55,228 bases of DNA from Candidatus Methylomirabilota bacterium (GTDB lineage: Bacteria; Methylomirabilota; Methylomirabilia; Rokubacteriales; CSP1-6): assembly GCA_035259825.1 (NCBI GenBank), contig DATFWA010000296.1, positions 1 through 55,228 on the forward strand, given 5' to 3'. The notes beneath the pieces were generated by a model that saw only the letters and a list, made by a program, of their open reading frames with translations, searched no databases and was not told the DNA's origin. Below are positions 54,486-55,228 of this stretch, piece by piece. Made by a program: the position numbers and the translations under genes. Position 1 is the stretch's first letter, and every line of letters starts with the position of its first letter.

Positions 54486-55228
54486 ATGCCCGACGTCCAG
54501 TGGCTGGAGGGTGGGATCACCGCCGTCCCCGGCATCCTCGCCTCCGGAATCGCGGCCGGCATCAAGCCCAGCGGCAAGAAGGATCTGGCCCTCATCTACT
54601 CGTCCTCACCCGCGCGGGCTGCCGCGGTGTTCACCACCAACCAGATCAAGGGCGCGCCGGTGCTGGTCTCGCAGGAGCACGTGCGCGACGGCCGGGCCCA
54701 GGCCATCCTGGCCTCGGCGGGCTGCTCCAACGTCTGCACCGGCGAGCAGGGCATCAAGGACGCGCGCGAGATGACCCGCATCACCGGCGAGCTGCTGCGG
54801 GTCGCGCCGCGCCAGGTGCTCATCGCCTCCACCGGAGTCATCGGTCAGCCGCTGCCGATGGACAAGATCCGCGCCGGGCTGCCGAAGCTGGTGAAGGGGC
54901 TTTCCCCGCAGGGCGGGCGTCTCGCCGCCGAGGCGATCATGACCACCGACACGAAGCCCAAGGAAGCCGCGCTGCGGGTCGACGTGGCGGGCCGGCCGGT
55001 GACCATCGGAGGGATCGCGAAGGGCGTGGGCATGATCGAGCCGCACATGGCGACGATGTTCTGCTTCCTCGCCACCGACGCGATGGTGGCGAAGGATTCG
55101 CTGCCGCGGGTGCTGCGGCGGGCGGTGGACCGTTCGTTCAATCGGATCACGGTCGACAGCGACCAGTCCACCAGCGACACGGTGGCGGTGCTGGCCAACG
55201 GCCTCGCCGAGAACGCCTCGCTGGAGCG
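54486..55228 (+). CDS. argJ: bifunctional glutamate N-acetyltransferase / amino-acid acetyltransferase ArgJ; N-terminal 247 codons, continues beyond the window
   Basis: Not in the ORF track because there is no stop in the window. Manual translation gives MPDVQWLEGGITAVPGILASGIAAGIKPSGKKDLALIYSS..AAVFTTNQIKGAPV...MTTDT...GMIEPHMATMF. Confidence 0.9.
   Translation, partial: MPDVQWLEGGITAVPGILASGIAAGIKPSGKKDLALIYSSSPARAAAVFTTNQIKGAPVLVSQEHVRDGRAQAILASAGCSNVCTGEQGIKDAREMTRITGELLRVAPRQVLIASTGVIGQPLPMDKIRAGLPKLVKGLSPQGGRLAAEAIMTTDTKPKEAALRVDVAGRPVTIGGIAKGVGMIEPHMATMFCFLATDAMVAKDSLPRVLRRAVDRSFNRITVDSDQSTSDTVAVLANGLAENASLE

Overview
This is a very GC-rich bacterial chromosomal segment that is almost fully coding, with about 60 genes. 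I found no rRNA, tRNA, CRISPR array, transposase or integrase. All calls rest on by-eye motif recognition in the supplied translations plus manual reading of the DNA; no database search was possible. Many long ORFs in the track are Arg/Gly/Pro-rich shadow frames of real genes and were ignored.

Gene content, left to right:
- A partial four-carbon acid sugar kinase at the window edge, which is not in the ORF track.
- A TlpA-CcdA thiol-redox pair.
- A minus-strand 2-oxoacid dehydrogenase operon (E1alpha, E1beta, E2, E3, then a hydrolase).
- thrB-dcd-pup-fmdB, which contains a prokaryotic ubiquitin-like protein gene with no pupylation or proteasome genes nearby.
- A LysR regulator followed by selD. 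SelD carries an in-frame UGA (selenocysteine) at the catalytic Cys position and a hairpin just downstream. Next to it lie a ZAS-type zinc-finger protein and a GT-B glycosyltransferase, a possible senC/senB-like selenium module.
- A 9-kb translationally coupled MoxR / unknown / DUF58 / 1463-aa triple-VWA / TPR operon.
- A lone pseudopilin.
- A GalT-like protein whose nucleophile His is replaced.
- A complete iscRSUA-hscBA-fdx-iscX operon.
- A convergent tusBCD/dsrEFH-like trio.
- A divergent nifS / IscU-like / cysE operon, in which the IscU-like protein lacks the third Cys ligand.
- A small HTH gene and dinB.
- A roughly 10-kb operon that starts with two ferritin-like (di-iron type) proteins. 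It then carries a three-piece biotin carboxylase (BC, BCCP, CT) interleaved with an AliA-like CoA ligase, an SDR, an acyl-CoA dehydrogenase, a DinB-family protein and an LLM oxidoreductase.
- rpoD and yceI.
- ACT-malic enzyme, GT2, aminotransferase and HIT.
- nth.
- An 18-bp x4 tandem repeat directly upstream of, and in frame with, rplM.
- rplM-rpsI-argC-argJ, with argJ partial at the window end.

The most interesting candidates are the selenium neighbourhood, the ferritin-like/split-carboxylase operon, the orphan pup, the sulfur-relay arrangement around two cysteine desulfurases, and the MoxR/VWA operon.
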